From positions 55,177,895-55,241,894 of the forward strand of contig NC_090384.1 in the NCBI RefSeq assembly GCF_036365525.1: DNA of 64,000 nucleotides. The letters are read 5' to 3'. How positions within the stretch are numbered: position 1 is the stretch's first letter; the number at the start of each line of letters is the position of its first letter. The translations under genes and the position numbers were made by a program. The stretch is from Heterodontus francisci. Its lineage: Eukaryota. The notes beneath the pieces were generated by a model, which did no database searches, had not been told where the DNA came from, and saw only the letters and a program-made list of their open reading frames with translations. This document shows positions 27,770-42,600 of this stretch, piece after piece.

Positions 27770-30700
27770 ATAAACTGCAGCATGCCCAATCGACCCTGCA
27801 AAGTCCTCCTCATTGACATCTAGGGAGTTGTGCCAAAATTGGGAGAGCTGTCCCAGACTAGTCAAGCAACAGCCTGACAGTCATACTCACCAAATCATGC
27901 TTTACAGTCAGCTTCCCAGACTCTTCCATCACCATCCCTGGGTATGTCCTGTCTCACTGTCAGGATAGACCCACCAGAGGTTGGTATGCAGAGAGGAGGG
28001 AGTGACCCTGGGAGACCTCAACATTGATTGCAGACCCCATGAATGTCACATTGCATCCGGTCAAACACAGGCAAGGAAACCTCCTTTTGATTACATCTAC
28101 AGCCCTCCCTCAGCTGATGTATCAGTGTTCTTCCATGTTGAACACCTCTTGGAAGAAGCACAAAGGGTAGCAAGGGCACAAAATGTTCTCTGGGCAAGGG
28201 GCTTAAATGTACATCACCAAAGAGTGGCTCGGTAATAAAGGTCGGCTACCTGACCCGAACCCGACGGGACAGGTTCAGGTTGGGTCGCACCTCCGGGTCC
28301 GGCATTCGGGATCAGGTCAAGCCAGGTTGAACACGCTCTGTCACCACCTCCGGTAAGTGGCTCCAATGTTAATGTACTTTTTGGACTTGAAAGGTAGTTT
28401 TGTTATTTATTTTAAGCTTGTGCAGATAAGCAACAAGATGAAAAATGGAAGGTAGGTTAACTGATGATCGGGTCAGGCGAGGGAAAAAAATGATAGGGCT
28501 AGGGCTCGGGGTCCGATGTGGTTCTGTCGGGCTCAGGTCGGGTTTCATTTACAGACCCGAGCCGGGCTTTACTCGGTAACACCTCAACTGACCAAGCTAC
28601 CTGAAGGACATATCTGCCAGACTGGGCCTGTGGCAGGTTTTGAAAGAATCAAGAGGAAAAAAAAGTTACTTGACCGAGTTCTCACCAGTCTACCCATCCT
28701 CAGTGTTGTGTGGCACTACCATGGTGGTAAATGGGATAGACTCAAGACAGATATAGCAGCTCAAAACTGGGTATCCATGAGGTGATTTGCGCCATCAATA
28801 GCAGCAGAATTATATTCAACCACAATCCTCAGGGTAGTGTCCTAGTCCCAACTATCTTCAGCCGCTTCATCGATGACCTTCCTTCAATCATAAGGTCAGA
28901 AGTGGGGATGTACGCCGATGATTGCACAATGTTCAGCACCATTCATGACTCCTCAAATACTGAAGCAGTCCTTGTAGAAATGCAGCAAGACCTGGACAAT
29001 ATCCAGGCTTGGGCTGATAAGTGGCAAGTAACATTTGTGCCACACAAGTACCACACAATGAACAACTCCAACAAGAGAGAATCTAACCATCTCCCCATGA
29101 CATTCAATGGCATTACCATCGCTGAATCCCCCACTATCAACATCCTAGGGGCTACCATTGACCAGAAACTGAACTGGAGTAGCCATATAAATACTGTGGC
29201 TACAAGAGCAGGTCAGAGGCTAGGAATCCTGCGCCAAGTAACTCACCTCCTGACTCCCCAATGCCTGTCCACCATTTACAAGGCACAAGTCAGGAGTGTG
29301 ATGGAATACTCTCCACTTGCCTGGATGGGTGCAGCTCCAACAACATTCAAGAAGCTGGACACCATCCAGGACAAAGCAGCCCACTTGATTGGCACACCGT
29401 CCGACGCACAGTGGCAGCAGTGCGTACCATCTACAAGATGCACTGCAGCAATGCACCAAGGCTCCTTAGACAGCACCTTCCAAACCCGCGACCTCTATCA
29501 CCTCGAAGGACAAGAGTAGCAGATGCATGGGACCATCACCACCTGCAAGTTCCCAACCAAGTCACACACCAACCTGAATTGGAACTATATCGCCGTTCCT
29601 TCACTGTCGCTGGGTCAAAATCCTGGAACTCCCTTCCTAACAGCACTGTGAGTGTACCTACCCCACATGGACTGCAGCAGTTCAAGAAGGCAGCTCACCA
29701 CCACCTTCTCAAGGGCAATTAGGGATGGGCAATAAATGCTGGCCTAGCCAGTGAAGCCCACATCCCATGAATGAATTAAAAAAAATATATATAAATCTAT
29801 AACCTAATGGCCCAGCATATCACCCTATCATTATAATCAAGCCAAGGAACTAACACTGGTTCAATGAGGAGTGTAGGACAGCATGCCAGAAGCAGCATCA
29901 GGAATATCTAAAAATGAGGTGCAAACCTAGTAAAGCTACAGAACAGGACTATATGCGTGCTGAAACAGCGAAAGTAGCATGCTATAGACTGAGCCAAGCA
30001 ATTCCACAACCAACAGACCAGGTCAAAACTCTGCAGTCCTGCTACTGGAGTCTTGAATTGTGGTGGACAATGAAACAACTAACCAAAGGAGGCTCCAAAA
30101 ACATTCCTGTCCTCAATGATGGGGGAGCCCAGAATGTCAGTGCAAAAGACAAAGCTGAAGCATTTGCAACCATCTTTAGCTAGAAATACCGAGTGGATGA
30201 TCCACCTCGGCTTCCTCCTAAAGTTCTCAACATCATAGATGCCAATCTTCAGCCAATTCGATTCACTCCATGTGATATCAAGAAACGGCTGAAGGTATTG
30301 GATACAGCAAGGACTAAGGGACCTTGACAACACCTGTGCTCCCAAAATAGCCATGCCCTTAGCCAAGCAGTTCGAACACAGCTACAACACTGGCATCTAC
30401 CCGATAATGAGGAAAATGGCCCACAAAAAGCTGGACAAATCCAATCCAGCCTTTTATCGCCCCATCAGTCTACTCTAAGTCATCAACAAAGTGACGGAAG
30501 GTGTTGTCGACAGTACTAAATCAGCAACAACCTGCTCACCGATGCTCAGTTTGGGTTCTGCCACAGCCATTTAGCTCTAGACTTCATAAGAGTTTGTCCA
30601 AAGATGGGCAAAAGAGCAGAATTCCAGAGGTGAGGGAGAGTGACAGCAACTGACATCAAGGCAGCACTTGACTGAGTATGGCATGAAGGAGCCCTAGTAA

Positions 30701-31700
30701 AAATGAAGTCAATGGGAATCAGGGGAAAACTCTCCACTGGTTGGAGTCATACCTAACACAAAGGAAGATAGTTGTGGTTGCTGGAGGGCAATCATCTCAG
30801 TCTCAGAACATCACTGTAAGAATTCCTCAGGGTAGTGTCTTGGGCATAACCATCTTCAGCTGCTTCATCAATGACATTCCCTCCAACATAAGGTCAGAAG
30901 TGGGGGTGTTTGCTGATATTTGCACAATGTTCAGCACCATTCGCAACTCCTCAGATACTGAAACAGTCCATGACTGCAGGCATCAGCATCTGAACATTCA
31001 GGCTTGGGCTGATAAGTGGCAAAGAACATTCAAGCCATACAAGCACCAGGTAATGACCATCTTCAACAAGTGAGAATCTAATCATATCCCCTTGAGATTC
31101 ACTGGCATTACCAACGCTGAATCCCCCACCATTAACATCCTGGGGGTCATCATTGACCAGAAACTTAACTGGACCAGCACATAAATACTGTGGCTACAAG
31201 AGCAGATCAGAGGCTGGGAATTCTGGGGTGAATAGCTCACTGCCTGACACCCCAAATTCTACCCACCATCTACAAAGCACAAGTCAGGAGAGTGATGGAA
31301 TACTCTCCACTTGCCTGGCTCCAATAACACACAAGTTCAACACTATCCAAGCCCAGCCCACGTGATCAGGACTCCATCCACCACCTTAAACATTCACTCC
31401 TTTCACCACCTGCACACAGTGACAGCAGTGTATGCCATTTACAAGGTGCACTGCAGCAACTCACCAAGGCTCCTTAGACAGCACCTTTAAAACCCACAAC
31501 CTCTACCTTCTAGAGACACAAGGGCAGCAGACACATAGGAGCATCAGTACCTGCAGGTTCTACTCCAAGTACCCACCATCCTGGCGTGGAAGTATATCGG
31601 CGTACCTACACTATATGGATTGCACTGGTTCAAGGCGGTTGCTTACCACCACCTTCTTGAGGTCAATTAGTGATGGGCAATAAATGCTGGTACTCCCATA
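27770..31700 (+). mobile_element. Degraded CR1/L2-clade LINE (EN to 3' end) containing the hAT MITE and a younger same-family 3' copy (about 28828-29793)
   Basis: PQGSVL..P, YADD/FAD, WADKWQVTF and YKAQVRSVMEYS motifs each occur twice, with two 3' ends (GGGCAATAAATGCTGG). Confidence 0.82.
28236..28571. mobile_element. Non-autonomous hAT-superfamily DNA transposon (MITE), 336 bp
   Basis: Perfect 8-bp TSD CTCGGTAA (28228-28235 and 28572-28579); imperfect TIR TAAAGGTCGGCT / AGCCGGGCTTTA; subterminal CCCGA/TCGGG repeats. Confidence 0.82.
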
Positions 31701-31705
31701 GTATT

Positions 31706-32610
31706 GTTAGGTAGGGAATTCCAAAGTTTTTGACTCAGCTATAATGAAGAAACGGTATTGTATGTCCAATTCAGGATGATGAGTGACAGAGGGGAATTTG
31801 GTGGGGATGATGTTCCCGTGCAACTGCTGTCCTTGTCCTTCTAGGTGGCAGAGATGGAAATGGCAGAGGTAGTGTTGTTGAAGCCTTGGCAACTTGCTGC
31901 AGTGCTTACTGTACATAGTACAGACTGCAGCCACAGTATGCCACATGGTGGAGGGAGTGGATGCGTATGCTGGATTGGGAGCTGATCAAGTAGCCTGCCT
32001 TTTCCTGGTTAGTGCTGAGATTCTTCAGTGTTGCTGTAGCTCCATCCATCCAGACATGTGAAAAGTATTCAACTGCACTCCAGACTTGTGCTTTGTAGGT
32101 GGTGGAGAGACTCTGGCAAGCCAGAGGAGCCTCTGACCTGCTCCATGACTTTATGTTTAGTTTAGTTTAGAGATACAGCACTGAAACAGGCCCTTCGGCC
32201 CACCGAGTCTGCACCAACCATCAACCACCCATTTATACTAATCCTACACTAATTCCATATTCCTATCACATCCCCACCTGTCCCTATATTTCCCTACCAC
32301 CTACCTATACTAGGGGCAATTTATAATGGTCAATTAACCTATCAACCTGCAAGTCTTTTGGCATGTGGGAGGAAACCGGAGCACCCGGAGGAAACCCACG
32401 CAGACACAGGGAGAACTTGCAAACTCCACACAGGCAGTACCCAGAATTGAACCCGGGTCGCTGGAGCTGTGAGGCTGCGGTGCTAACTACTGCGCCACTG
32501 TGCCGTCCCGCTGGTCCAGTTGAGTTTCTGGTCATTAGCGGCTCCCAAGATATTGATGATGGGGATTAAATGATGGTAATGCCTTTGAACGTCAAGAGGA
32601 TGTGATTAGA
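31706..32610 (-). mobile_element. Reverse 3' fragment of the same LINE family, interrupted by the V-SINE
   Basis: Reverse-complement similarity to 29200-29700. Confidence 0.65.
32151..32510 (-). mobile_element. tRNA-derived V-SINE (HE1-like)
   Basis: Minus strand: A/B-box head GGCACAGTGGCGCAG..GGTTCAATTC, V-domain GTGGAGTTTGCAAGTTCTCCCTGTGTCTGCGTGGGTTTCCTCCGGGTGCTCCGG, (CTAAA)n tail. Confidence 0.88.
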
Positions 32611-33002
32611 TTTCCCCTTCATTTTCAAAAGTTAAATATATCAATATCCAGTAAGCACACTTTTCATTGTTGTAGCCGTTTTCCCCACCCTCCACAAGCC
32701 AAGATGAAGCAGAAAATGGTTGTCATTGTCAAATTGTTGAACGATTAGGATTATTTCTCAACAATGCTAATTAAGCAGCAAATACCAGTGGTAAATTGAG
32801 CTATCCTTATTCAGAACAAAGAAAAGGGAAAGAAATATATTATTGCACAATTAAGATGTTTCAGCACTTCAAATGCATTCCAATTAACCTCTCACAGGGC
32901 AAGCACAGATCCTGAAATCAATTCAGGATAGCCTCTTGATTATGATCTTTAAACAGTTGCCAGCAGAACTCATTTCATCTTCAGCAGAAAATTTTAACCC
33001 AC

Positions 33003-33329
33003 CTTTAAGAAATAGCTGGAAACATTGTTTAAAAGGTTTGGTTGAAGATTTGGAATGACAAACTTCAACTCTATACTCAGCTTGATGATCATCAGTACTT
33101 GGAGTCAAAGTTACTGTGGTGACTTTGTTGTGCAGACCATTTTCACAGAATGATTCTTCCATAACGTTTTCATACTTTGCAGCCTCGCTCATTCTCACTT
33201 CATTTCTGAACCATTCAACTTGAATATCCTCTGGATAGAAGTCTCTTATATTACAGGTTAAAATCAATTCCTTCCCTTGTTCAGGGGTGGCAGGATTGCA
33301 GGTAATTTCAGACACATTAGGGAAAGATA
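33003..33329 (-). CDS. NCR3LG1: Post-TM C1-type Ig domain 4 (327 nt, phase 1-1); F-strand Cys replaced
   Basis: Acceptor ttttatttcag|TA TCT TTC, donor AAA G|gtgggt. Motifs LTCNIRDFYPEDIQVEWFRN..AEYRVEVCH. Confidence 0.85.
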
Positions 33330-33654
33330 CTGAAATAAAAGGGAAACATTAAGAAAAGTTGAAATATATCTTTCCAAATTTTATTTCAGATATCAGTACC
33401 AAAAAATCTGTGTAACAGGTTATTGTGAATTTACCCAATGCTTGTAAGTTATTAGAAAGCATCAAATAAGTGGATTAACATTCATCCCTATTATATACTT
33501 TCACAAACGCAAACAAGCCGTAGTATTTTAAACGATCATTCTCAAGGCTAGAACTTACAATAAAAAAACTCCACAGAAAATAGTTACTTAGTCCTTTCCA
33601 ACTAACAATTACATTTTAAGCACCAGAACAGCTCAGCTTGTAAAGGTACAATGT

Positions 33655-36600
33655 CATAGAGCCACAGTCATTTACAGTACAGAAGGAGGCCATTCAGCTC
33701 ATCAAATCCATGCCGGCTCTCCACAGATGAATCCAGTCATCCCACTCCCCCACTCGATCCCCATAGCCTTGCAATTTGTTTCCTTCAAGTGTCCATCTGC
33801 TTCCACTACCCCTGTGGGCAGTGAGTTCCAGGTCATTACCACACACTACATAAAAAAAGTTCTTCCTCACATTCCTCCTGCATCTCTTGCCCAAAACCTT
33901 CAATCTGTCTCCCCTAGTTGTTGTACTTTCAGTTAATGGAAAGAGCTTTCCTTGTCTAACTTATGTTAACTTGTCTAACTTGCCTGTCATAATCTTGTAC
34001 ACCTCTATCAAATCTCCCCTCAATCTCCTTTGAACTAGGGAGAACCACCCCAGCTTCTCCAACTTGACCTTGTAACTAAAATCCCCCATCCCTGGAACCA
34101 TTCTGGTAAATCTCCTCCGCACACTCTCAAGGATCCTCCCAAGTTAAAGTATGGTGACCAGAACTGGACGTTATGCTCTATTTGGGGCCTAACCTGAGCT
34201 TTCTAGAGGTTCAGCATAACGTCCCTGCTTTGTACTGTATGCCTTTATTTATTCATCAAAAGTTTTCCTAAAATCCATATAGACACTGCATTTCCTTCAT
34301 CTCGGTTAATCATCAAAAAAAATTCAATTGGTAAAGCATGATCTGCCTTTTACAAATCTGTGCTGGCTATCTTTAATTAATTCAAAACTCTCCAAGTGCC
34401 TGTTGATTTTTCCCTGATTGTTTCTAAAACCTTATCCACCACTGATGTTAAATTAACTGGCCTGTAGACACTGGGACCGTCCTTACACCCTTTCTTGAAT
34501 AAGGGTGTTGCATTTGCCACTCTCCAATCCTCTGTCACCTTCCCTATTATCTCGGGAAGACTGTAAGATTATAGCAATCCCTTCAGCTATCTCCACCCCC
34601 ACTTCTTTTAGCAACCTGAAATGCAAGCCACCCAGACCAGGTGATGTATCTACCCTAAGCATAGCCAACCTTTCCAGTACCTCCTCACTCTCAAATTTTT
34701 TACTCTATCCATTGCCTCTACTCTCTCCATTTCTACCGATATTTTGTCAGATTCCTCTTCCTTAATAAACATAGAAAAATAGGAGTAGGCCCTTCGAGCT
34801 GCTCCGCCATTCAATACGATCATGGCTGATCATCCAAACTCAGTAACCTGTTCCCACTTTCTCCCCCTATCCCTTGATCTCATTAGCCCCAAGTACTATA
34901 TTAGAATTAGAACATTACAGCGCAGTACAGGCCCTTCGGCCCTCGATGTTGCGCCGACCTGTGAAACCATCTGACCTACACTATTCCATTTTCATCCATA
35001 TGTCTATTCAATGACCACTTAAATGCCCTTAAAGTTGGCGAGTCTACTACTGTTGCAGGCAGGGCGTTCCACGCCCCTACTACTCTCTGAGTAAAGAAAC
35101 TACCTCTGACATCTGTCCTATATCTATCACCCCTCAACTTAAAGCTATGTCCCCTCGTGTTTGCCATCACCATCCGAGGAAAAAGACTCTCACTATCCAC
35201 CCTATCTAACCCTCTGATTATCTTATATGTCTCTATTAAGTCACCTCTCCTCCTCCTTCTCTCCAACGAAAACAACCTCAGGTCCCTCAGCCTTTCCTCG
35301 TAAGACCTTCCCTCCATACCAGGCAACATCCTAGTAAATCTCCTCTGCACCCTTTCCATAGCTTCCACATCCTTCCTATAATGCGGTGACCAGAACTGCA
35401 CGCAATACTCCAGGTGCGGTCTCAAGAGTATATCTAACTCTTTCTTGAATACATTTGATTTTTTGGCCTCAACTGCTTTCTGTGGTAGAGAATTCCACAG
35501 GTTCACCACTCTCTGGGTGAAGAAATCTCTCATCTCAGTCCTAAATGGCTTACCCCTTATCGTCAGACTGTGACCCCTGGTCCTGGACTCCCTCACCGTC
35601 AGGAACATCCTTCCTGCATCGAGTCTGTCCAGTCTTGTTAGAATTTTGTACGTTTCTATGAGATCCTCTCTCATTCTTCTGAACTCTAGCGAATACAAGC
35701 CTAATCGACCCAATTTCTCTTCATACATCAGTCCTGCCATCCCAGGAACCTTCACTGCACTCCCTCCACAGCAAGAACATCCGTCGTCAGATAAGGAGAC
35801 CAAAACTGCACACAATACTCTAGATGTGGTCTCACCAAGGCCTTGTATAATTGCAGCAAGATATCCTTGCTCCTGTACTCTAATCCTCTCGCTATGAAGG
35901 CCAACATACCACTTGCCTTCTTAACTGCCTGTTGCACCTGCATGCTTACTTTCAGCGACTGGACACAAGGACACCCAGGTCTCGCTGCACCTCCCCCTTT
36001 CCCAATCTATCAGATAATAATCTGTCTCTGTTTTTGCCACCATAGTGGATAACCTCACATTTATCCACATTATGCTGCATCTGCCATATATTTGCCCACT
36101 CACTCAACCTATCCATATCACACTGGAGCTTCTCTGCATCCTCCTCACAGCTCACACTCCCACTCAGCTTGGTGTTGTCTACAAACTGGGATATATTACA
36201 TTTAATTCCTTCATCTATATCATTAGTATATATTGTGAATAGCTGGGGTCCTAGCACTGATCCCTGTGGTACCCCACTAGCCACTGCCTACCACTCGGAA
36301 AAAGACCCATTTATTCCTACTCTTTGTTTTCTGTCTGCCAACCAGTTCTCTATCCATGTCAGTAACTTACCCCCAATCCCATGTGCTTTAATTTTGCACG
36401 CTAATCTCTCATATGGGACCTTATCGAAAACCTATTGAAAGTCCAAATACACCACATCCACTGGTTCTCCCTTATCTATTCTACTAGTTACATCCTCAAA
36501 AAATTCCAGTAGATTTGCCAAGCATGATTTCCCTTTCGTAAATCCATGTTGACTTTGTCCGATCCTGTCATTGTTTTCCAAATGCTCTGCTATTACATCT

Positions 36601-39600
36601 TTTATAATGGACTCTAGCATTTTCCCCACTACTGATGTCAGGCTAACTGGTTTATAATTCCCTGTTTACTCTCGATCTCATTTTTTAAATAGTGGGGTTA
36701 CATTAGCTATCCTCCAATCCATTGGAACTGTACCAGAGTCTACAGAATTTTGAAAAATGACCAGCAATGCATCTATTATTTCTAGGGCCACTTCCTTAAG
36801 TACTCTGGGATGTAGATTATCAGGCCCTGGGGATTTATCAGCCTTCAATCCCATCAATTTCCCTAACACCATTTCCCCACTAATACTGATTTCATACAGT
36901 TCCTCCTTCTCACTAGACCCTATGTTCCCCAACATTTCTGGGAGGTAATTTGTGTCCTCCTTTGTGAAGACAGAACCAAAGTATGTATTTAATTGGTCTG
37001 CCATTTCTTTGTTCCCCATTATAAATTCCCCCGTTTCTGACTCTAAGGGACCCATGTTTGTCTTCACTAATCTTTTTCTCTTCACATATCTGTAGAAGCT
37101 TTTACAGTCAGTTTTTATGTTCTCTGTAAGCTTACTCTCATACTTTATTTTTCCCTTCTTAATCAATCCCTTTGTCCTCCTTTACTGAATTCTAAACTGC
37201 TCCCAATCCTCAGGTTTGCTGCTTGTTCTGGCCATTTTATATTTCTCCTCCTTAGATCTAATACTATCCCTAATTTCTTTTGTAAGCCACAGTTGAGCCA
37301 CCCTTTCCATTTTTTTTTTGCGCCAGACAGGAATGAACAATTGTTGTAATTCATTCATGAGCTCTGTTTGGGGGTCTATATATAACCCCCACCAACGTTT
37401 TCTGCCCCTTGGTGTTTCTTAGCTCCACCCATACAGATTCTCTGAGCAAATATCCTTCCTCACTACTGTACTGATTTCCTCACTGATACAAAGTGCTCAT
37501 TAAGTATTCTAGCCTTGCCCTATGCCTCTAAGCATATATTACCCTTTTTGTCCCTAATAGACCCCACTTCACCTTACTATTTACATGTCGATAGAAGATT
37601 TTTAGGTTCCCTTTTATGTTGACTGCCATTCTGTTCGCATATTCTCTCTTTGCCAGTCTTATTTTCTTCTTCACCTCCCCTCTCAACTTATTGTATTTGG
37701 CCTGGTTCTCACTTGAAGAATCAACCTGGCATGCATCATACACCCTTTTTTTTGTTTCATTATAACTCTACCTCCATCATTCAAGGAGCCCTGTTTTTGG
37801 TTCCCCTACCTTTTGCCCTTGTTGGAACATACCTAGCCTGTACCCGAAGTATCTCCCTTAAAGATAACTCATTGTTCTATTATAGTTTTGCCTATCAGCG
37901 TTTGATTCCATTTTATTCTGGATACATCCCTTCTGATTGCATTAATGTCCTTCAGGGAAGGAAATCCGCTGTCCTCACCTGGACATGCATCTCCAGATCC
38001 ATAGCGAAGCTGTTGACTTTTAACTGCCCTCTGAAACGGCCTAGCAAGCCACTCAGTTGTATCAAATCACTACAGAAAAGTTGAAAAGGAATAACACCAG
38101 ACGGATCATCTGGCATCGACTTGGGCACCAGAAATTACAATGGCACACGCAATCCTGCAATCCTTACTAATATCTGGGAGCCGGTGCCAAAATTGGGGGA
38201 GCTATCCCACAGACTGGTCAAGCAACAGTCATACTCACAGAATCATACCTTGCAGCCAATGTCCCGGACACCGGGATCACCATCACAATCCCTAGATATG
38301 TCCTGTCCCACTGGCAGGACAGATCCAACAGAAACGGTGGCACAGTGGCATACAGATGGGAGGGAGCTGCAAGGAAACCTCCTACTGGTTACTACCTACT
38401 GCCCTCCTTCAGCTGATGAATCAGTACTCCTCCATGTCGAACACTGCATGGAGGAAGCACTGAGGGTGGCAAGGTCACAGAATGTACTCTGGGTGAGGGA
38501 CTTCAATGTCATCGCCAAGAGTGGCTTGATAGCACCACTACTGACTGAGCTAGCCAAGTCCCGAAGGACATATCTGCCAGACTGGGCCCACGGCAGGTGG
38601 TGAGGGAACCAACAAGAGGGAAAAACCTACCAGATCTGGTCCTCATCAATATACCCGATGCATACATCTGTCCACGACAGTAGTTGTAAGAGTGCCCACC
38701 ACACATTCCTTGAGAAGACGGAGTCCTGTCTTCCCACTGAACATACCCTCCATCATGTTGTGTGGCACTACCACAGTGCTAAATAGGCTAGATTCAGAGC
38801 AGATCTAGTAGCTCAAAACTGAGCATCAATGAGGCGTTGTGGGCCATCAGCAGCAGCAGGATTTGACATTTCAGAAGGAGTGGAAGCTAGGAAAAGGTAT
38901 GGGGTAACTCTGTTAATTAAGGGTGATATTAACACAGTAAAGAGAGATGCTCTCAGTTCAAAGTATCAAGATATAGAATCAGTTTGTGTCGAGATAAGAA
39001 ATTGCAAAGGAATGAAGTCACTTGTGGGAGTAGTTTAAAAGGCCCCCTAATCGTAGCTACACTGTAGAACAGAGTATACACGAAGAAATAATGGGGGCTT
39101 TTAAGAAAGGTACTGAAATAATCAGAGGTGATTTTAATCTACATAAAGAATCAGATTGGCAAAGACCGCCTGGAAGATGAGTTCATAGAGTGCATTCCCA
39201 ACAATTTCTTACAGCAGTACATTTTAGTGCCAACCAGGGAGCAGGCCATTCTAGACCTGGTAATGTGCAATGAGACAGGATTAATGAATGACCTCATAGT
39301 AAAGGAGCCTCTAGGCAATACGAATCATAACATGATAGAATTTCACCTTCAGTTTGAGGGTGAGAAGTGTGGATCTAAGACTAGCGTTTCAAACTTAAAT
39401 AAAGGCAACTGCAAGAATATGAAGACTTAGTCAGCCAAAGTGAACTGGCAAATCAAATGATAAGGATAGGACAGTAGAGAAGCAGTAGCAGACATTAAAG
39501 GAGATATTTCATAACTTTCAAAGATATATTCCAGTGAGAAAGAAAGACTGTAGAAGGATGCGCCATCCGTGGCTAACTAAGGAAGTTAATACAGTATCAA

Positions 39601-42600
39601 ATTAAAAGAAAAAGCGTACAGATCTGTGAAGAATAGTGGTAGATTAGAAGACTGGACAGATTTTAAAAACCAGCAAAGAGTGACTAAAAAGGGAGAAATT
39701 AGAGTATGACAGAAAGCTAGCCAGAAATATAAAAACAGATAGTAAGAGCTTCTATAAATATTTAAAAAGGAAAAGAGTAACTCAATTGAGCATTGGTCCT
39801 CTAGAGAGAGTGTTTGGGGAATTAATAATGGGTAACAAGGAAGTGGCGGAAGCATTGAACAGGTATTTTGTGTCAGTCTTCACTGCAGAAGACAAAAAAT
39901 CCCAAATTTACTTGAAAAACAAGAGGTAAAAGGGAAAGAAGAACTTAATCACAATCACAAGGGAAAAGGTACAGAGAAAACTATTAGAACTAAAGGCAGA
40001 TAGGTCCCCAGGACCTGATGACCTACATCCTACAGTCTTAAAAGAGGCAACAGAGATAGTGGATGCATTAGTTGTGATCTTCCAAAATTCCCTAGATTCT
40101 GAAAAGGTCCCAGCAGATTGGAAAATAGCTAATGTAACACCTCTATTCAAGAAAGGAGGGAGACAGAAAGCAGGAAACGATAGGCCAGTTAGCCTAACAT
40201 GTCATAGGCAAAATGCTAGAATCCATCATTAAGGACATTTAGAAATTCATAATGCAATCAGGCAGAGTCAACATGGTTTTTGTGAAAGGGAAATCGTGTT
40301 TGACAATTTATTAGAGTTCTTTGAGGAAGAAGCTTGAGAAGCTCGACACCATCCAGGACAAATCAGTCCACTTGCTTGGCACCCCATCCACAAACATTCA
40401 TTCCCTCCACCACCAACATACAGTGGCAGCTGTCTGTACCATCTACAGGATGCACAACAGCAACGCACCAAGGCTCCTTCGACAGCACCTTTCAAACCCA
40501 TGACCTCTATCACCGAGAAGGTCAAGTGCAGCAGATGCGTGGGAACACCACCACCTACAAGTTCCCCTCCAAGCCACACACCATCCTGATTTGGAACTGT
40601 ATCTCCATTCCTTCACTAACATTGGGTCAAAATCCCGGAACTCCCTTCCTAACAACACTGTAGATGTACCTACCCTACATGGACTGCAGCGGTTCAAGAA
40701 GGCAGCTCACCAACACCTTCTCAAGGGCAATTAGGGATGGGCAATAAATGCTACCCACAAATAAACAACCCACAAATGAATATAAACAAGTAACAAGCAA
40801 CGTGGATAAAGGGGAACCTGTAGATGTGGTGTACTTGGATTTCCAAAATGCATTCGATAAGGTGCCATATCAAAGGTTACTGCACAAAATAAAGAGTTCA
40901 TGGTGGAGGGGGCAATAGATTAGCAAGGATAGAGGATTGGTTAGCTAACTGGAAGCAGAGACTAGGGGAAAATGGGTCATTTTCCAGTTGGCAGGATGTG
41001 ACTAGTGGAGTGCCACAAGGATCAGCGCTGGGGCCTCAACTACTTACAATCTACATCAGTGACTTGGATGACGGGGTTGGATGTATGGTAGCTACATTTG
41101 AAAATGACACAATGATAGATAGGAAGGTAAGTTGTCAAGAGGACATAAAGGGTGGAATTTTACACTGGCGGTGGAGGTCTCAATGTCAGGAAAATCGACA
41201 CCAAGATACCCGTGTAGCTTCTTCTCCGGAAGGCCTGCTGAATTACGTGCCAATCAAGCACTTAACTGGGTAGCAGCAGGCCTTCCACAGAATTTAGAAC
41301 CCTGTTGTTGGAAGTTCCAGCCTTGCAGAGCTGCCGGCCAAATCAGAGGCCAGCGCCTGCAGCACCACTGGGTGGCGGTCGCACAGGAGGGGTGAGTGGG
41401 GTCGGCAACAAGGGCAAGTGGATGGCCCTCAGCGGGCCCCCCTCTTCTCGATGCCAGGTTCCTCATTTAGGCACTAACTGCCTTTCAACGAGGCATCCCC
41501 TCCACCACCCCACCCCGCCCATCGGAGCCGGGTAGCAGCCCACACAGTTTTTCATGCATGCTTCCCATGCGACGATAGGGCAGGAAGAGGCCCTTAAATG
41601 GGCGTTAACTACTGAGTTAGATAGATTCTTGATAGACAAGGGAATCAAGTGTTATGGGGGACAAACAGGAAAATGAAGTTGAGGCTACATTCAGATCAGC
41701 CATGATCTTATCAAATGGCGGAGCAGGCTCAAGGAGCTGAATGGCCTACACCTGCTCCTAATTTGTATGTTCATAATTGTATTCAACCACAACCTGTAAC
41801 CTCATGGCCTGGCATATCCTCACTCTATCATTACCATCAAGCTATGGGATCAACCCTGGTTCAAAGAAGAGTGCAGGAAGGCATACCTAAAAATGAGGCG
41901 TTAACCTGGTGAAGCTACAACACAGGACTACTTGCAACCCAAACAACAGAAGCAGCCTGCAACAGACTGAGCTAAGCAATCCCACAACCAACAGATCAGA
42001 TCAAACCTGTACAGTTCTAGTTATGAATGGTGGCAACAACTGAACAACTGACAGGAGGAGGCTCCACCTATATCCTCATCCTCAATGATGGGAGCAGCCC
42101 AGCACATCAGTGCAAAAGACAAGGCTGAAGCATTTGGAACCATCTTCAGGCAGAAGTGCCAAGTGGGTGATCCATCTCGGCCTCCTCCTGAGGTCTCCAG
42201 CATCACAGACATCAATCTTCAGCCAATTCGAATCATTTAATGAGATATCAAGAAATGGCTCAAGGCACTGGATACTGCAAAGGCTATGGGAACTGACAAC
42301 ATCCCGGCAATAGCACTGAAAGCTTGTGCTCCAGAACTAGTTGCACCCCGAGCCAAGCTGCCCCAGTACAGCTACAATACTGGCATCCACCCAACAATGT
42401 GGGACATTGCCCAGGTATGTCCTATTCACAAAAAGCAGAACAAATCCAATCTTGCCAATTACCACCCCATCAACCTCCTGTTGATCATCAGCAAAGTGAT
42501 AGAAGGTGTCATTGATAGTAGCACGTCAAGCAGCACATACTCACCAATTATCAGCTCACTGATGCGCAGTTTGGGTTTTGCCAAGGCCACCTGGCTCCTG

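Noticed and set aside
32440-32510. tRNA genes at A/B-box-like sequences (also about 52421 and 60690)
   Set aside because: These are the tRNA-derived heads of SINEs, continuous with the V-domain and tail.
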